In this document: positions 1-10,042 of the stretch, in pieces
Numbering within the stretch: position 1 is the first letter of the stretch
How the letters are laid out: the number at the start of each line of letters is the position of its first letter
DNA from: an uncultured Bacilli bacterium
Lineage (GTDB): Bacteria; Bacillota_I; Bacilli_A; RFN20; CAG-449
NCBI GenBank assembly: GCA_944332075.1
Contig: CALVJL010000001.1
Coordinates: 217,620-281,619 of the forward strand
Length of the DNA: 64,000 bases
Direction: 5' to 3'
Translations under genes and position numbers: made by a program
The notes under the pieces: model-generated
The model's database searches: none
What the model was told of the DNA's origin: nothing
The model's input: only the letters and a program-made list of their open reading frames with translations

Positions 1-148
1 CAGGAAGGTTACTTGCAGCATTATTAGCCATTGCGCCTTTATATGTAGCAAAGAACACAATTCCTAAGATAATAGCCAAGATAATATCGCAAATAACGAT
101 ATAATATCCAGCTGCCTTACCTTTAAATAAACTTTTAACTTTTTCCAT
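1..148 (-). CDS. Small membrane protein downstream of GH3 (partial, runs off window start)
   Basis: Not in ORF track. ATG at 148, 2 nt after the GH3 stop; reads MEKVKSLFKGKAAGYYIVICDIILAIILGIVFFATYKG..., hydrophobic, open to position 1. Confidence 0.75.
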   Translation of the reverse strand, partial: MEKVKSLFKGKAAGYYIVICDIILAIILGIVFFATYKGAMANNAASNLP

Positions 149-150
149 AA

Positions 151-3096
151 CTATTGCTCCTTCTTTTCTTCTTTGCTTTTACGGCCCTTGAAGAAATCAA
201 AGTAGACATATAATCCTAATGAAACAACGGTCAATCCAATGACGACTCCGTCAATAGAATAGACAACTGTCTTCCACCAAGGATTGAGATTAGCATTAAT
301 TAAATCATCATTAGCTGCAGCATTATCACCCATCCATGATTGTAATAAAGCATACATGATATACTTATTAGATTCTTGCATAATCTTGACAAAGTTACCA
401 TCATCTGTCGATTCGACATAGTCGACTAATTGACTACCTCTTTGTCCGTCAAGACAGAAGATGTTTGTTCCAGCCGCGGCCATTGATGGTCCGTTAGAAT
501 AAGTTGAATAGTTAGATCCAGTCAAAGCATCATCAATAATGAAGCCTTTATATGCCCATTCTTTTCTCATAATGTCATTCATTAAAACTTCGTGGCAAGC
601 AGCATAGGTTAAGCCAATTCTGTTGTAAGAAGTCATAATGCCTAAACTTTCACCTCTGGTGAGGGCACCTTCGAAAGGTTTTAAATAAATTTCTCTAATC
701 GCTTGTTCGTTACTGAATGTTGCAACGCCTTGACGATTTGTTTCTTGGTTATTGAGGAAGCAGTGCTTAATATTCATAATCAAGCCTTTTTTACGAGCTG
801 CTCCGATAATATTACTTGCGACATAGTAGTTCATAATTCCGTCTTCAGACATATATTCAGAAGCACGAGAACCATATGGAGTACGGTTAATATTAGCACC
901 TGGAGCGTTAACGCAGGCGACACCGCAGAAGAGAGCTTCTTCACCATACATCGCACCGAATTTTTGTTGAATCTTATGATCCCATGATGCTGTATAGATA
1001 GGTCCTGTAGCAAATCCAGTTGCCGATCTCTTATCGCCATATTGGAATGTAGCTAATAATCCTTCAGGTCCTTCAGCAATGGAGTTAGATGGCTTATTGA
1101 CTGATGCAACTGCTAAAATTCCGCGGTTATCAGACATAGAAGTTGCTAAGTCTTTTAATGATAATTGTTTAATGAATTCATCCCATTTTGGATCATCAAT
1201 AGGGACACCGGCCATGTCAGAGAATTTAATTCTATATTCATTGCCTTCTTCATCTTTTGGTGTAACTGAGTAAAGTGTGCCTTCTCCAGCTTTATAACTT
1301 GGAGCGTCGCTTGGTTTAGAATATGTATTCATATTCATACTAGCTTTCATTTTGTCGTTGATGGTTAATTTTTCCATCTTTGTTGGGAAGGTTCCTTGCC
1401 AATCTTGACGTGTTGTGTAAGTGATCTTTTCATCATCATTGCACCAATAGTTAACATCAGCATCATCAAATTTATTTGTAACTTCAACTGTGTCATCGTA
1501 ATGTGACATCTTGTAAGTTTCAAAATCTTCTGCAACTTCAACTTTATAAGCACCTTTTGCATTTGGTGTATATTCTTCACCGAGGTGATCGTATAAAGTT
1601 GCGTCTGGAGCTGTTTGACCAAGAATATTATTTAATGCTTCGTGAGCTCCATTACCGATTGCGAAGTAATAATCTCCGCCTTCTAAAATATATTGTTTGA
1701 GATTATTTTCATCATAGCTAGCCATGAAATATCTGTCGAATGTGACAGTTGTTGAAACTGTTTCGCCAGCTTTAACATCGACTTTTTCATATCCCATTAA
1801 AGCGACTGCTGATTTCTCGACAAGATTTTCTTTATCATAGTCAGTATATGGTGATTGAACGTAAACTTGAACAGAAGATTTTCCATCTACTTCACCAGTG
1901 TTGGTTACTGAGACATTAACTGAATATGTATCATCCTCTTCATTATATGTAACTCCGGTGATTTCTTGTTCAAAGGTTGTGTAAGATAAGCCAAAGCCAT
2001 ATGGATAAGCGACTTCATCTGCATAATTCCAGTTTGTCGCCCCATTAGATGCTCCAGCAGAACCGCCAGCATTACCTTGATTTTTAATTAAATCTTCATA
2101 ACGTGTTTCATAGTATTTGTATCCAACATAGATACCTTCTTTATAAACGACATAGCCGCGAACATTATCAAGGCCGCTTGCATCGCCTGTAAAGGAATTA
2201 TTACCAAAGTTTTGATAAGCAGCTGAGTTTGTTGAGTAAGCAGCAAAAGTATTTGGAGTATGTCCGGAAGGATTCTTTTCGCCAGTCAATAAATTGACGA
2301 CACCGGTTAATGAATAATATCCCGGAACACCGAACCAAAGAATAGCATCAACACCGAGTTCTGGATCATCAGCCCAGTCTAATCCCATTGGCATAGCACC
2401 ATTAAGCAAGACGATTGTCTTTTTAAATTGCCCGCCATCATGAATCATCTTTAATAAATCTTTTTCTTCTTGAGTAATATCAAGAATTCCGGCTGCCGGG
2501 TCAGAGTTTTCGGTACCAACTCTAACAAAGGTAACGATAGCTACATCGTTATACGCGCCAAATGTTGCCTTGACATCATCTGTATAAATTGAAACTGGTG
2601 ATTCATTAATAGAATTGACCGTCGGATCGCCTCCACCTGTATAAAGATTCCAAACAGTTTTATTATATTCAAATCCTTTAGATTCAAATGCATCATTTAA
2701 ATGAACAACTAAATCTTGGTTTGGAGCAGCACCGCCAGCACCAGAACGCAAGCATAAGTGCGCGCTATTACGTCCAAATAAGGTGACATTTCTTTCTTCT
2801 TCTGTTAATGGCAATGCATTATTTTCATTTTTAAGAAGAACTGCACCTTCTTCCTCTTCTTGAATACAAAAATCATAAGAGTCTTTAATCATGCGTTTCC
2901 AACCTTCATCGGTTAAATTACCATTTTCATCAGCATAATCAGATCTCTTTGAGGATTCGATTCTTGTACCGTTTAAGCCTAAGACATCGTTAATGAGCAT
3001 TTCATTATCCATTGCAACATTCGTGACCGATATTAATGCACTGGAGAGCAGAATGCCTGTTGCCAAAAGGCCTAACCACATTTTCCCTTTTCTCAT
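151..3096 (-). CDS. Membrane-anchored GH3 beta-glucosidase (GH3_C - Fn3 - GH3_N order)
   Basis: GAVLLKNENNALPL, EGIYVGYKYYET, YPYGFGLSYTTF, NIKHCFLNNQE, EIYLKPFEG, IMTSYNRIG; hydrophobic N- and C-terminal segments. Confidence 0.92.
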   Translation of the reverse strand: MRKGKMWLGLLATGILLSSALISVTNVAMDNEMLINDVLGLNGTRIESSKRSDYADENGNLTDEGWKRMIKDSYDFCIQEEEEGAVLLKNENNALPLTEEERNVTLFGRNSAHLCLRSGAGGAAPNQDLVVHLNDAFESKGFEYNKTVWNLYTGGGDPTVNSINESPVSIYTDDVKATFGAYNDVAIVTFVRVGTENSDPAAGILDITQEEKDLLKMIHDGGQFKKTIVLLNGAMPMGLDWADDPELGVDAILWFGVPGYYSLTGVVNLLTGEKNPSGHTPNTFAAYSTNSAAYQNFGNNSFTGDASGLDNVRGYVVYKEGIYVGYKYYETRYEDLIKNQGNAGGSAGASNGATNWNYADEVAYPYGFGLSYTTFEQEITGVTYNEEDDTYSVNVSVTNTGEVDGKSSVQVYVQSPYTDYDKENLVEKSAVALMGYEKVDVKAGETVSTTVTFDRYFMASYDENNLKQYILEGGDYYFAIGNGAHEALNNILGQTAPDATLYDHLGEEYTPNAKGAYKVEVAEDFETYKMSHYDDTVEVTNKFDDADVNYWCNDDEKITYTTRQDWQGTFPTKMEKLTINDKMKASMNMNTYSKPSDAPSYKAGEGTLYSVTPKDEEGNEYRIKFSDMAGVPIDDPKWDEFIKQLSLKDLATSMSDNRGILAVASVNKPSNSIAEGPEGLLATFQYGDKRSATGFATGPIYTASWDHKIQQKFGAMYGEEALFCGVACVNAPGANINRTPYGSRASEYMSEDGIMNYYVASNIIGAARKKGLIMNIKHCFLNNQETNRQGVATFSNEQAIREIYLKPFEGALTRGESLGIMTSYNRIGLTYAACHEVLMNDIMRKEWAYKGFIIDDALTGSNYSTYSNGPSMAAAGTNIFCLDGQRGSQLVDYVESTDDGNFVKIMQESNKYIMYALLQSWMGDNAAANDDLINANLNPWWKTVVYSIDGVVIGLTVVSLGLYVYFDFFKGRKSKEEKKEQ

Positions 3097-3243
3097 AGAA
3101 ACTCCTTTTTTAAAATATTTTGCAAGAAATAATTATGTTCACTGCAGTTTTCTTGCTAGTCATATTTTGTACTTTCATTGTAGAAAAGGTCACAGCTTCA
3201 AAAAATGACAATCATGCGTATGCATATTGGTAAAAGTTGATTA

Positions 3244-3257
3244 TTTAAGCGCTTACT
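3244..3257. promoter_or_regulatory. cre/LacI-type operator palindrome
   Basis: TTTAAGCGCTTACT with perfect core TAAGCGCTTA, in the GH3/araC divergent intergenic region. Confidence 0.6.
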
Positions 3258-3310
3258 TTTATCTTTTTGTATGATTATTTTGCGATTTAATATATATTAT
3301 ATTATTTTTT

Positions 3311-3324
3311 TGTAAGCGCTTATA
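3311..3324. promoter_or_regulatory. cre/LacI-type operator palindrome
   Basis: TGTAAGCGCTTATA, one mismatch from the perfect palindrome TGTAAGCGCTTACA. Confidence 0.7.
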
Positions 3325-3331
3325 TTTTTGT

Positions 3332-3360
3332 TTGATTTTTATTTTTGACAGTGATAACAT
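3332..3360 (+). promoter_or_regulatory. Sigma-A promoter of araC gene
   Basis: TTGATT(3332)-17 nt-TAACAT(3355) with extended TG; ATG follows 7 nt later. Confidence 0.5.
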
Positions 3361-3367
3361 TCTTGGT

Positions 3368-4354
3368 ATGGAGAATAATTACGAACTAATCAATCACTCA
3401 AAGCTTAAACACGTAAAAATCATTGTGAATAGGATTGTTTCCTGTAACACCCACATCCACAACGATTTTGAATTATCTTTAGTATTAAGAGGAAATGGAA
3501 TAATTAAGATAAACAACACCTCTTACAATGTCAAGCAAGGTGATTTAATTTTAATCAATACTTGCGACAGCCATAGCTATAGCACCTTATCTGAAGAAGC
3601 CTATAAATCTTCAGAAGAGTTTTCAGAAAGTGTACCTGTAATACTAATTGTTCAAATTTCCAATCATTTTTTAAGGGAATATTATCCAAATTTGAGAAAT
3701 ACTCTTTTTAAATCTGGATCAGTAACTGACTTCTTCTCAAGCGGTGAAATCCTTTATTTAAAAAAATTATTATTAAAATCAGCAATCGCCTATTTTAGTG
3801 AAGAGGATTTCTATCAGCTGCAAATTGTCTCATATATCTCCAAATTATTTCAGAAGTGTTATGAAAGGATACCATACCATTTAATTAGTGAAGAAGAAAA
3901 AGAGATATTAAAAAAGCGTAATGAGAGAATACAACGTATTATTTCTTATATTGATGAAAATTTTACTTCTCGTATCCATTTAGAAGATATCGCTGCAATG
4001 GAAAATATCACAACAACCCATGTCTCACATATCTTTACAGACTCGTTTGGATTATCATTCCAAGAATATGTTAATTTAAAACGCCTAGAAGAAAGTATCC
4101 GCTTGATGTCAAATTCGGATAAAAAATTAATTGATATCGCTTTTGAAAGTGGATTTTCTGATCCAAAATATATGAATAAAATGTATCAAAAATATTTCAA
4201 TTGCCGTCCAAAAGAATTTAAATCTCAAGCCAAAATCACTTTTGAGAATAATCCTCAATTTAAATCTATTAAAGATGAATCGCTTTATCATGATAAAATG
4301 GCATTAGAAGCAATAAAAGATTTCATTGCGCAAAAAAAGATAGATTTATTGTAA
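3368..4354 (+). CDS. AraC-family transcriptional regulator
   Basis: N-terminal cupin (HIHNDFELSLVLRG) and C-terminal double HTH (IDIAFESGFSDPKYMNKMYQKYFNCRPKEF). ATG 3368 preferred over TTG 3332. Confidence 0.92.
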   Translation: MENNYELINHSKLKHVKIIVNRIVSCNTHIHNDFELSLVLRGNGIIKINNTSYNVKQGDLILINTCDSHSYSTLSEEAYKSSEEFSESVPVILIVQISNHFLREYYPNLRNTLFKSGSVTDFFSSGEILYLKKLLLKSAIAYFSEEDFYQLQIVSYISKLFQKCYERIPYHLISEEEKEILKKRNERIQRIISYIDENFTSRIHLEDIAAMENITTTHVSHIFTDSFGLSFQEYVNLKRLEESIRLMSNSDKKLIDIAFESGFSDPKYMNKMYQKYFNCRPKEFKSQAKITFENNPQFKSIKDESLYHDKMALEAIKDFIAQKKIDLL

Positions 4355-4375
4355 AATAAACTATCTATCTTAGCT

Positions 4376-4414
4376 AAAAAAAGGTTGCCGATTTCATAAG
4401 TAGCAACCTTTTTT
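4376..4414. terminator. Bidirectional intrinsic terminator
   Basis: AAAAAAAGGTTGC...GCAACCTTTTTT inverted repeat after araC. Confidence 0.8.
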
Positions 4415-4446
4415 ACTATTCAAAACTTAAACTCAAATCGCTTTTA

Positions 4447-4509
4447 TTAGAATGTACAACCGCAACTAGATAACAATCCAAGAACAACTAAAAAATATTT
4501 CTTCTGCAT
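4447..4509 (-). pseudogene. 20-codon lipoprotein signal peptide ORF (remnant or mini-lipopeptide)
   Basis: SD AAGGGG, then MQKKYFLVVLGLLSSCGCTF*; lipobox LSS-C followed by a stop four residues later. Confidence 0.5.
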
Positions 4510-4728
4510 AAATCAATCCCCTTTCTTCACACAAGTATTTTTTTATTGCCTAGATTGTAGTCGTTTTTTGACAATATCAATGTTTTTCATAGTAACCATG
4601 ATTATTTAATTTAGATTTATTTTTTACACGATAAAATTATATTTATTAAATATTAAAGTTTTGAAATATATAAAAAACTGTTTATTAAGTCCCTTTGACA
4701 TTTTAGACTAATAAACAGTTTATTTTTT

Positions 4729-7575
4729 TTATACTCTTGTTGCTGTTTTATTTACAACATTTAATTCATCATTTTGATGAAGAGCGATGAAATTATTCAT
4801 TTCGGTTAAATTAACTTCTTGGCCGACATCAACTAAATTAAGTTCAGCAGCAAGTTTGATTGTGATACCAACGCTAATATTGAAATTAATATCAATTCCG
4901 CTTAACATTGAAGTTTCTTTATCAACGCGGATTTTAACAGTTAACGATTGTAAATCTGGATTTTGAGCAATTTCTGCAATATCGACATCAATATAGAAAT
5001 ATGATCCTTCTTCGTTGTAATAGAAATCTTTTAAGATATTTTCATATTTAATTTGTCCAACTGAGCCAGTGTCAGATTTTTGAATTTGATCCATAACCCA
5101 GTCTTTTAATCCCATTATTACGCTGCCGAAATAATATAAGATATTATCCATGAAGTAATCTAACTTGCAAACAGAAGTATAATTGACATCATAAGTTTTA
5201 GTGAAAAATAAGCCATCAGTAACGCGGTCATTTCTATTTATGTAAACTAATCCATCTTGATAATAGATACTAGCTGTACGCGAGTTAGTTCTCGTATAAT
5301 CTGGATCACCATTTACCAAACCGATAACCGGAATGCTCGTGAAGTCTATAGATAAAGAAACATTTCCTTTATCATTTTTAATTTTTAAATCTAATGGAAC
5401 GTCTTCATTGATTATTCCAAGCAAATTAAGATTAACTTTTCCAGTAATATGATAATCGTTAAATTGTGAAGTAGTAATGCCTAATGACAATAATAATTCA
5501 ATATCAGAGAAATCAAAGTAAGTATCCATTGGATCAAGTCTTGTTGATTCAAGGGAAGAATCAAATTCATTTAAATCAACGCTTAGAGAGATAGTTTCCC
5601 CGCCAAGCTCTAATCCAGTAATCTCAATACCATATAAATTATTCTGATCATAATTGACCTTGATATGCATTACGCTATCAAGACCAACAAGTGCACCGCT
5701 TAAATCAAATTCAATTGTTGTTGGGGTCACCTGAATGTTACTAAATGTATCAGTTGCAAATAGAATTCCAATATCACCATTTAAAGCTTGATATAGAGGT
5801 GTTGCACTAATTGTATTTAGGATATCACCAAATAATTCCATAAAGTGATCATCTTTGTTATTAACTATTTCATCAATCATTGAAGAAAGATCATCAATAG
5901 CTGCGCCATCCATCTTTCCTCTTAATTTATCGTTATATTCAAAGAGAAGTGTTCTATCTTGGCGATAATCAACTTCAATATTATGAGTATAAGCATCTCT
6001 ATCGACAATACTTACTGAGCCATATCCGAAAGCATTTGATATATCAAATTGAAGTCCGCCATTAATTGTGATTGGGCTAACATCTGTTTGAGATGACTCT
6101 ACTTCACCATTAAATTCAAATCTAAATTGATCACGGTTTACTAAATCAAGAATTGTTGGAACAAGTTCAACAGCTGGATCTAATGAAACATATTCAGAAG
6201 CATCTGGAACAACTAAATTAAAATCTTTGACATCAATATCTAAATTTACGATATAACCTTGATAAATATAATCATCTAAATGGATACCGAGTAATGTCTG
6301 TTTATCTAACGAAGCATAAATGACTATTTCATTGATATTTAATCCAAAAACTGACAAATCTAAAGTAATAGCAACTTTATTTTCTTGAACATCAATTGCA
6401 GTAATCCAAGAATTAAGATTTTCAAGATTACCGAGTACATCAGTTAAGGCTGAAGAACTCATTGACGTAGTTAAATCATCAAGTAAAGATTTAATCGCAT
6501 CATCATTAATTTGTCCTAATAAATAAGCAACTAAATTTAAAATTGTATTATTTTGGATTGATATTTTATTGATATCGGCTTGATTCAAATACAAGGCATT
6601 GTTATTAAGATATAAACCTAATTTATGAAGTCTTTCATTTTCGCTGATGCTGACATCTAGCGACGCGGCATTGTTATTTAAATCATAAGAGAGATTTCCG
6701 TTTAAATCTATTAATTCCTCATTTTCGCTTTCACCTTGTTTTTGAAGGTTAACATGTAAAGCAAAAGTATTTGTCTTACTATTAAAAACATTAACTAGCC
6801 CATTCACTAAATTCAATGCTGGTCTAAACGATTGATATTTTGGAGCGTTTTCAATTTTTTCTGGGTTAACTAATTCTGTCGAAGCTGAACTACTATTAAT
6901 ATCGCAATCTAAGAAAACAAATAAATCTTTATAGAAAAATTTATTAGTTCTAAGTCCGGTGAATTGATAATCAAAATCACTTTTGAAGAATAAAGAAATG
7001 GTATCGTTTAAAGCGAATTCAAACATATAGCCATCTGGGCAAGAAACAGGCTCCATGTCAGTTAACTTTGAAGAAATAGCATTTAAATCTAAATTTTTTA
7101 TTTCATCAGGTAAAGCGATGTTAATTCCCATTGTCGGCAACATATCAACAAAATCAAATAATTCTGTTTGCTCAAGTTTTAAATGGCTTTGATTATAATC
7201 AAGATAAATTGTTGAATCAAAGTAACCTAAAGTTCCCGCGATATGTGAAGATCCGTATGTAGCATCTAAATCCCCGGTGATTTTTAAATTTGAAAGATCA
7301 GAAATATCCGCGATTCCATCAATATCAATCTTTCCATGTGTCATATCTTCTTGATAAGTAAATTCTAAACTCGCATTGATATCGAATTTATCTAAACTCA
7401 TTAAAGATGTGAATAAAACTTCAGATGGTTTAAGCGGTTCATCAATAACCGGTGGAACAATGTCAACTGGCTCTGTAGAACGATTTTGATAACAGAAATA
7501 ATAAGTTAATCCACCTGATAAACCAAATATTGACGCAAATAATACTGCTTGTTTTAACGCAAATGAATGTTTCAT
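4729..7575 (-). CDS. Large N-terminally anchored surface protein with about four internal repeats
   Basis: 948 aa, N-terminal hydrophobic helix, acidic and beta-rich; SD AAGGGGG upstream. Confidence 0.8.
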   Translation of the reverse strand: MKHSFALKQAVLFASIFGLSGGLTYYFCYQNRSTEPVDIVPPVIDEPLKPSEVLFTSLMSLDKFDINASLEFTYQEDMTHGKIDIDGIADISDLSNLKITGDLDATYGSSHIAGTLGYFDSTIYLDYNQSHLKLEQTELFDFVDMLPTMGINIALPDEIKNLDLNAISSKLTDMEPVSCPDGYMFEFALNDTISLFFKSDFDYQFTGLRTNKFFYKDLFVFLDCDINSSSASTELVNPEKIENAPKYQSFRPALNLVNGLVNVFNSKTNTFALHVNLQKQGESENEELIDLNGNLSYDLNNNAASLDVSISENERLHKLGLYLNNNALYLNQADINKISIQNNTILNLVAYLLGQINDDAIKSLLDDLTTSMSSSALTDVLGNLENLNSWITAIDVQENKVAITLDLSVFGLNINEIVIYASLDKQTLLGIHLDDYIYQGYIVNLDIDVKDFNLVVPDASEYVSLDPAVELVPTILDLVNRDQFRFEFNGEVESSQTDVSPITINGGLQFDISNAFGYGSVSIVDRDAYTHNIEVDYRQDRTLLFEYNDKLRGKMDGAAIDDLSSMIDEIVNNKDDHFMELFGDILNTISATPLYQALNGDIGILFATDTFSNIQVTPTTIEFDLSGALVGLDSVMHIKVNYDQNNLYGIEITGLELGGETISLSVDLNEFDSSLESTRLDPMDTYFDFSDIELLLSLGITTSQFNDYHITGKVNLNLLGIINEDVPLDLKIKNDKGNVSLSIDFTSIPVIGLVNGDPDYTRTNSRTASIYYQDGLVYINRNDRVTDGLFFTKTYDVNYTSVCKLDYFMDNILYYFGSVIMGLKDWVMDQIQKSDTGSVGQIKYENILKDFYYNEEGSYFYIDVDIAEIAQNPDLQSLTVKIRVDKETSMLSGIDINFNISVGITIKLAAELNLVDVGQEVNLTEMNNFIALHQNDELNVVNKTATRV

Positions 7576-7590
7576 ACAAACTACCCCCTT

Positions 7591-8484
7591 CTATTCGTAT
7601 GTGCAATCTGTTAGTAAATCCGGAATAGATAATGTCGCATCCGGATAATAATAATCATTTATATAGGAATCAGATTGATGAAATCCTAATTTGAAAACCT
7701 CGTATTGTTCATGAACTTGACGGCTAATTAAATTTAAATTTTCGTCTAAAGTAAATGTCATTTCAACCAAGCTAAATGTCGGATATCTTTCTAGCCCGGA
7801 TAATTCTTTCATCTGTTTCACGTAACGGATAACAGATAAAGTAGGATCAAGGCTCATTTCGACAATATAATTGTTATTTTCATCAATTGTGTATGAACTA
7901 TTTAAAACGGTTTTTGAAGAGATGACATATATTGAAGAACGAGATAGTTGCTTGCCATAAGCTTCTTCATATTCAGATGCGGTAAATTCTTTTTCAGGAT
8001 TAGCATCCCATTTAGCAGTAGATCCATTTTTTATAGAAGAACCAGCATAAACATCTATTTCATCTGCAGTATCTTGATAAAATCTTTTAGCCACTTGCAC
8101 TAATGCCGAAACCGAGATTGATTCATTGAAATAGCTATTCTCGTTTCTAATAGTTGTTCCTTTAATCGTCTGGGTGACTCCGGTAGCTTCAACATATCCA
8201 TCGGTCTTACAGTAATGATTAGTTGTTTGATCATATTTATTTAAACTTATATTAACTAATTCATAACCTTTAAAATTAGCATAATCACCTTTTGCATTTT
8301 CATATTTTTTCATTAAAAGCGATGAATCATCTTCAAGAGCTTCCGCAGAAAAATTGTAATTTTGCTCTGGCTTAAGATATTTCATACCAAAAAATAGTCC
8401 TAGTCCTGCGCCGGTTGCTAAGGCAAGAGAACAGATGACTGATGTAACAATAATGTGATTTGTTTTCTGACTTAACTTTTTCAT
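7591..8484 (-). CDS. Membrane-anchored hypothetical protein
   Basis: Probable start MKKLSQK at 8484, followed by a TM helix; co-oriented with the 948-aa gene, 15 nt apart. Confidence 0.75.
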   Translation of the reverse strand: MKKLSQKTNHIIVTSVICSLALATGAGLGLFFGMKYLKPEQNYNFSAEALEDDSSLLMKKYENAKGDYANFKGYELVNISLNKYDQTTNHYCKTDGYVEATGVTQTIKGTTIRNENSYFNESISVSALVQVAKRFYQDTADEIDVYAGSSIKNGSTAKWDANPEKEFTASEYEEAYGKQLSRSSIYVISSKTVLNSSYTIDENNNYIVEMSLDPTLSVIRYVKQMKELSGLERYPTFSLVEMTFTLDENLNLISRQVHEQYEVFKLGFHQSDSYINDYYYPDATLSIPDLLTDCTYE

Positions 8485-8649
8485 ACATCTTATATTATAA
8501 GAGTGAAAAATAAAATAGCACCCTATTGCTACAGCCCTGCAAAAGAGAGCCGTTTCCACTAAAAATAGAGTGTATCGAACTTATCTCCTAAAAAGAGAAT
8601 ATGGCTAAATCATTGCATAAATCGAACATTTCGCTATATAATTAAACAT

Positions 8650-9252
8650 ATGAAAAACATTAAAGAAATTGTTGGAGAGAATCTTCAATTACTGAGAAAA
8701 GAAAGAAAATTAACTCAATTAGAGGTTGCTGAAATCTTTGGCTATTCAGACAAAGCCATTTCAAAATGGGAAAATGGAGACACTTTACCGGATTTAGAAA
8801 CGCTTTATCGAATCTCATTATTTTATGGAGTTACTCTTGATTTTTTAATCCAAGAAGGCGATGAAAAAACAAGAGAACAATTTAGAATAAAAACATCTAA
8901 CAAGATTTCAATTGTTTGCTTGTTAGTCTCTTTAATTTGGATGATAGCCACTATTATTTTTGTTTGGTTAGGACTTATCAATGATATTTGGCCATGGCAA
9001 GTTTTTGCTTGGTCTGTCCCAGTGTCTTGTTTATTATTACTCTATCTTAACCATCTCTGGGGAAGAAGAGTATATATCTTCTATATAATGACGGTATTGA
9101 TTTGGTCATTGATTACTTCATGTTACCTACAGTTTCTCGCCTACAACCTTTGGCCATTATTTATTTTAGGAATACCTGCTCAAATATCTTTATTGCTTTG
9201 GGTCGGTATTAAAGATAATATTTTTCATAAAAAAGATAAGCAGCAAAAGTGA
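8650..9252 (+). CDS. XRE-family HTH regulator with C-terminal TM helices
   Basis: LTQLEVAEIFGYSDKAISKWENGDTLPD HTH followed by about four hydrophobic helices; TTGCAT(8613)/TATAAT(8637) promoter. Confidence 0.88.
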   Translation: MKNIKEIVGENLQLLRKERKLTQLEVAEIFGYSDKAISKWENGDTLPDLETLYRISLFYGVTLDFLIQEGDEKTREQFRIKTSNKISIVCLLVSLIWMIATIIFVWLGLINDIWPWQVFAWSVPVSCLLLLYLNHLWGRRVYIFYIMTVLIWSLITSCYLQFLAYNLWPLFILGIPAQISLLLWVGIKDNIFHKKDKQQK

Positions 9253-9263
9253 TGCTGCTTTTT
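9238..9263. terminator. Intrinsic terminator between convergent genes
   Basis: AAGCAGCA-aaagtga-TGCTGCTT followed by T-tract. Confidence 0.7.
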
Positions 9264-9280
9264 ATTTTTTTATCCAATTA

Positions 9281-9907
9281 TCACTCTTTATCAGGTTGCT
9301 GCCCATCATGGCTAAGCCATTGGCATTCACCAAAATCAAAATTTGAAAATTTTGCTGTAAACGATGATTCTTCAGGTGAGCAAGCATAAACTCCAAACGA
9401 AATAACTCCATCGCCTTTAGAAAGATGACAAATTCTCATTTGTTCAAAATTTATTCCGTCTGCTGAGCATTCAATTTTATAATCATCTTCCCTCCGGCTT
9501 AGCCGGTACCACATTTCTTTTACCTTAGCAGAAATATTGGTTGTCGCCCAATCAGAATAACCATTATTGGTGACGACACTTCCTAAATGTTGGAAGGTTT
9601 CATTTTCGTATTCAATTGAACCTTTAATCCAGTTTTCGCTATCAAGATAGAGAATTACACCGCATTGATCAAAGCGATGTTTTGCCTCTTTAAATGATGT
9701 TTTAACAGTAAATGAAAAATATTTTCCAACTGTTTTAATCTGAAAACATGGAGCGTTATCATTTCTAAAATGATAATACGTTCTCTGCCATAAATCAGTA
9801 TGTTCTTCTGTTGTTATTTCAAGAACATCATCTTTTATAGTCCATTTTTTTGGTTCTCTAACCCAAGTAAAATCTTTCAAATTCATTTTCATAATTAACC
9901 TCATCAT
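9281..9907 (-). CDS. DUF1349 (ConA-like fold) protein
   Basis: TDLWQRTYYHFRNDNAP, FDQCGV, WIKGSIEYE, LGSVVTNNGYSDW, GVYACSPE. True start may be a few codons downstream. Confidence 0.85.
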   Translation of the reverse strand: MMRLIMKMNLKDFTWVREPKKWTIKDDVLEITTEEHTDLWQRTYYHFRNDNAPCFQIKTVGKYFSFTVKTSFKEAKHRFDQCGVILYLDSENWIKGSIEYENETFQHLGSVVTNNGYSDWATTNISAKVKEMWYRLSRREDDYKIECSADGINFEQMRICHLSKGDGVISFGVYACSPEESSFTAKFSNFDFGECQWLSHDGQQPDKE

Positions 9908-10042
9908 GTATTATACTATCAAAAAAACATTCATATTTAATATAACTTAATAAAATTCAGCATTAGAAAAATATGATTAAGTTATTGTTAAAATCAATGT
10001 ATCTAATAAATAGACTTGGCTATGAAATTTAGACTACTAAAT

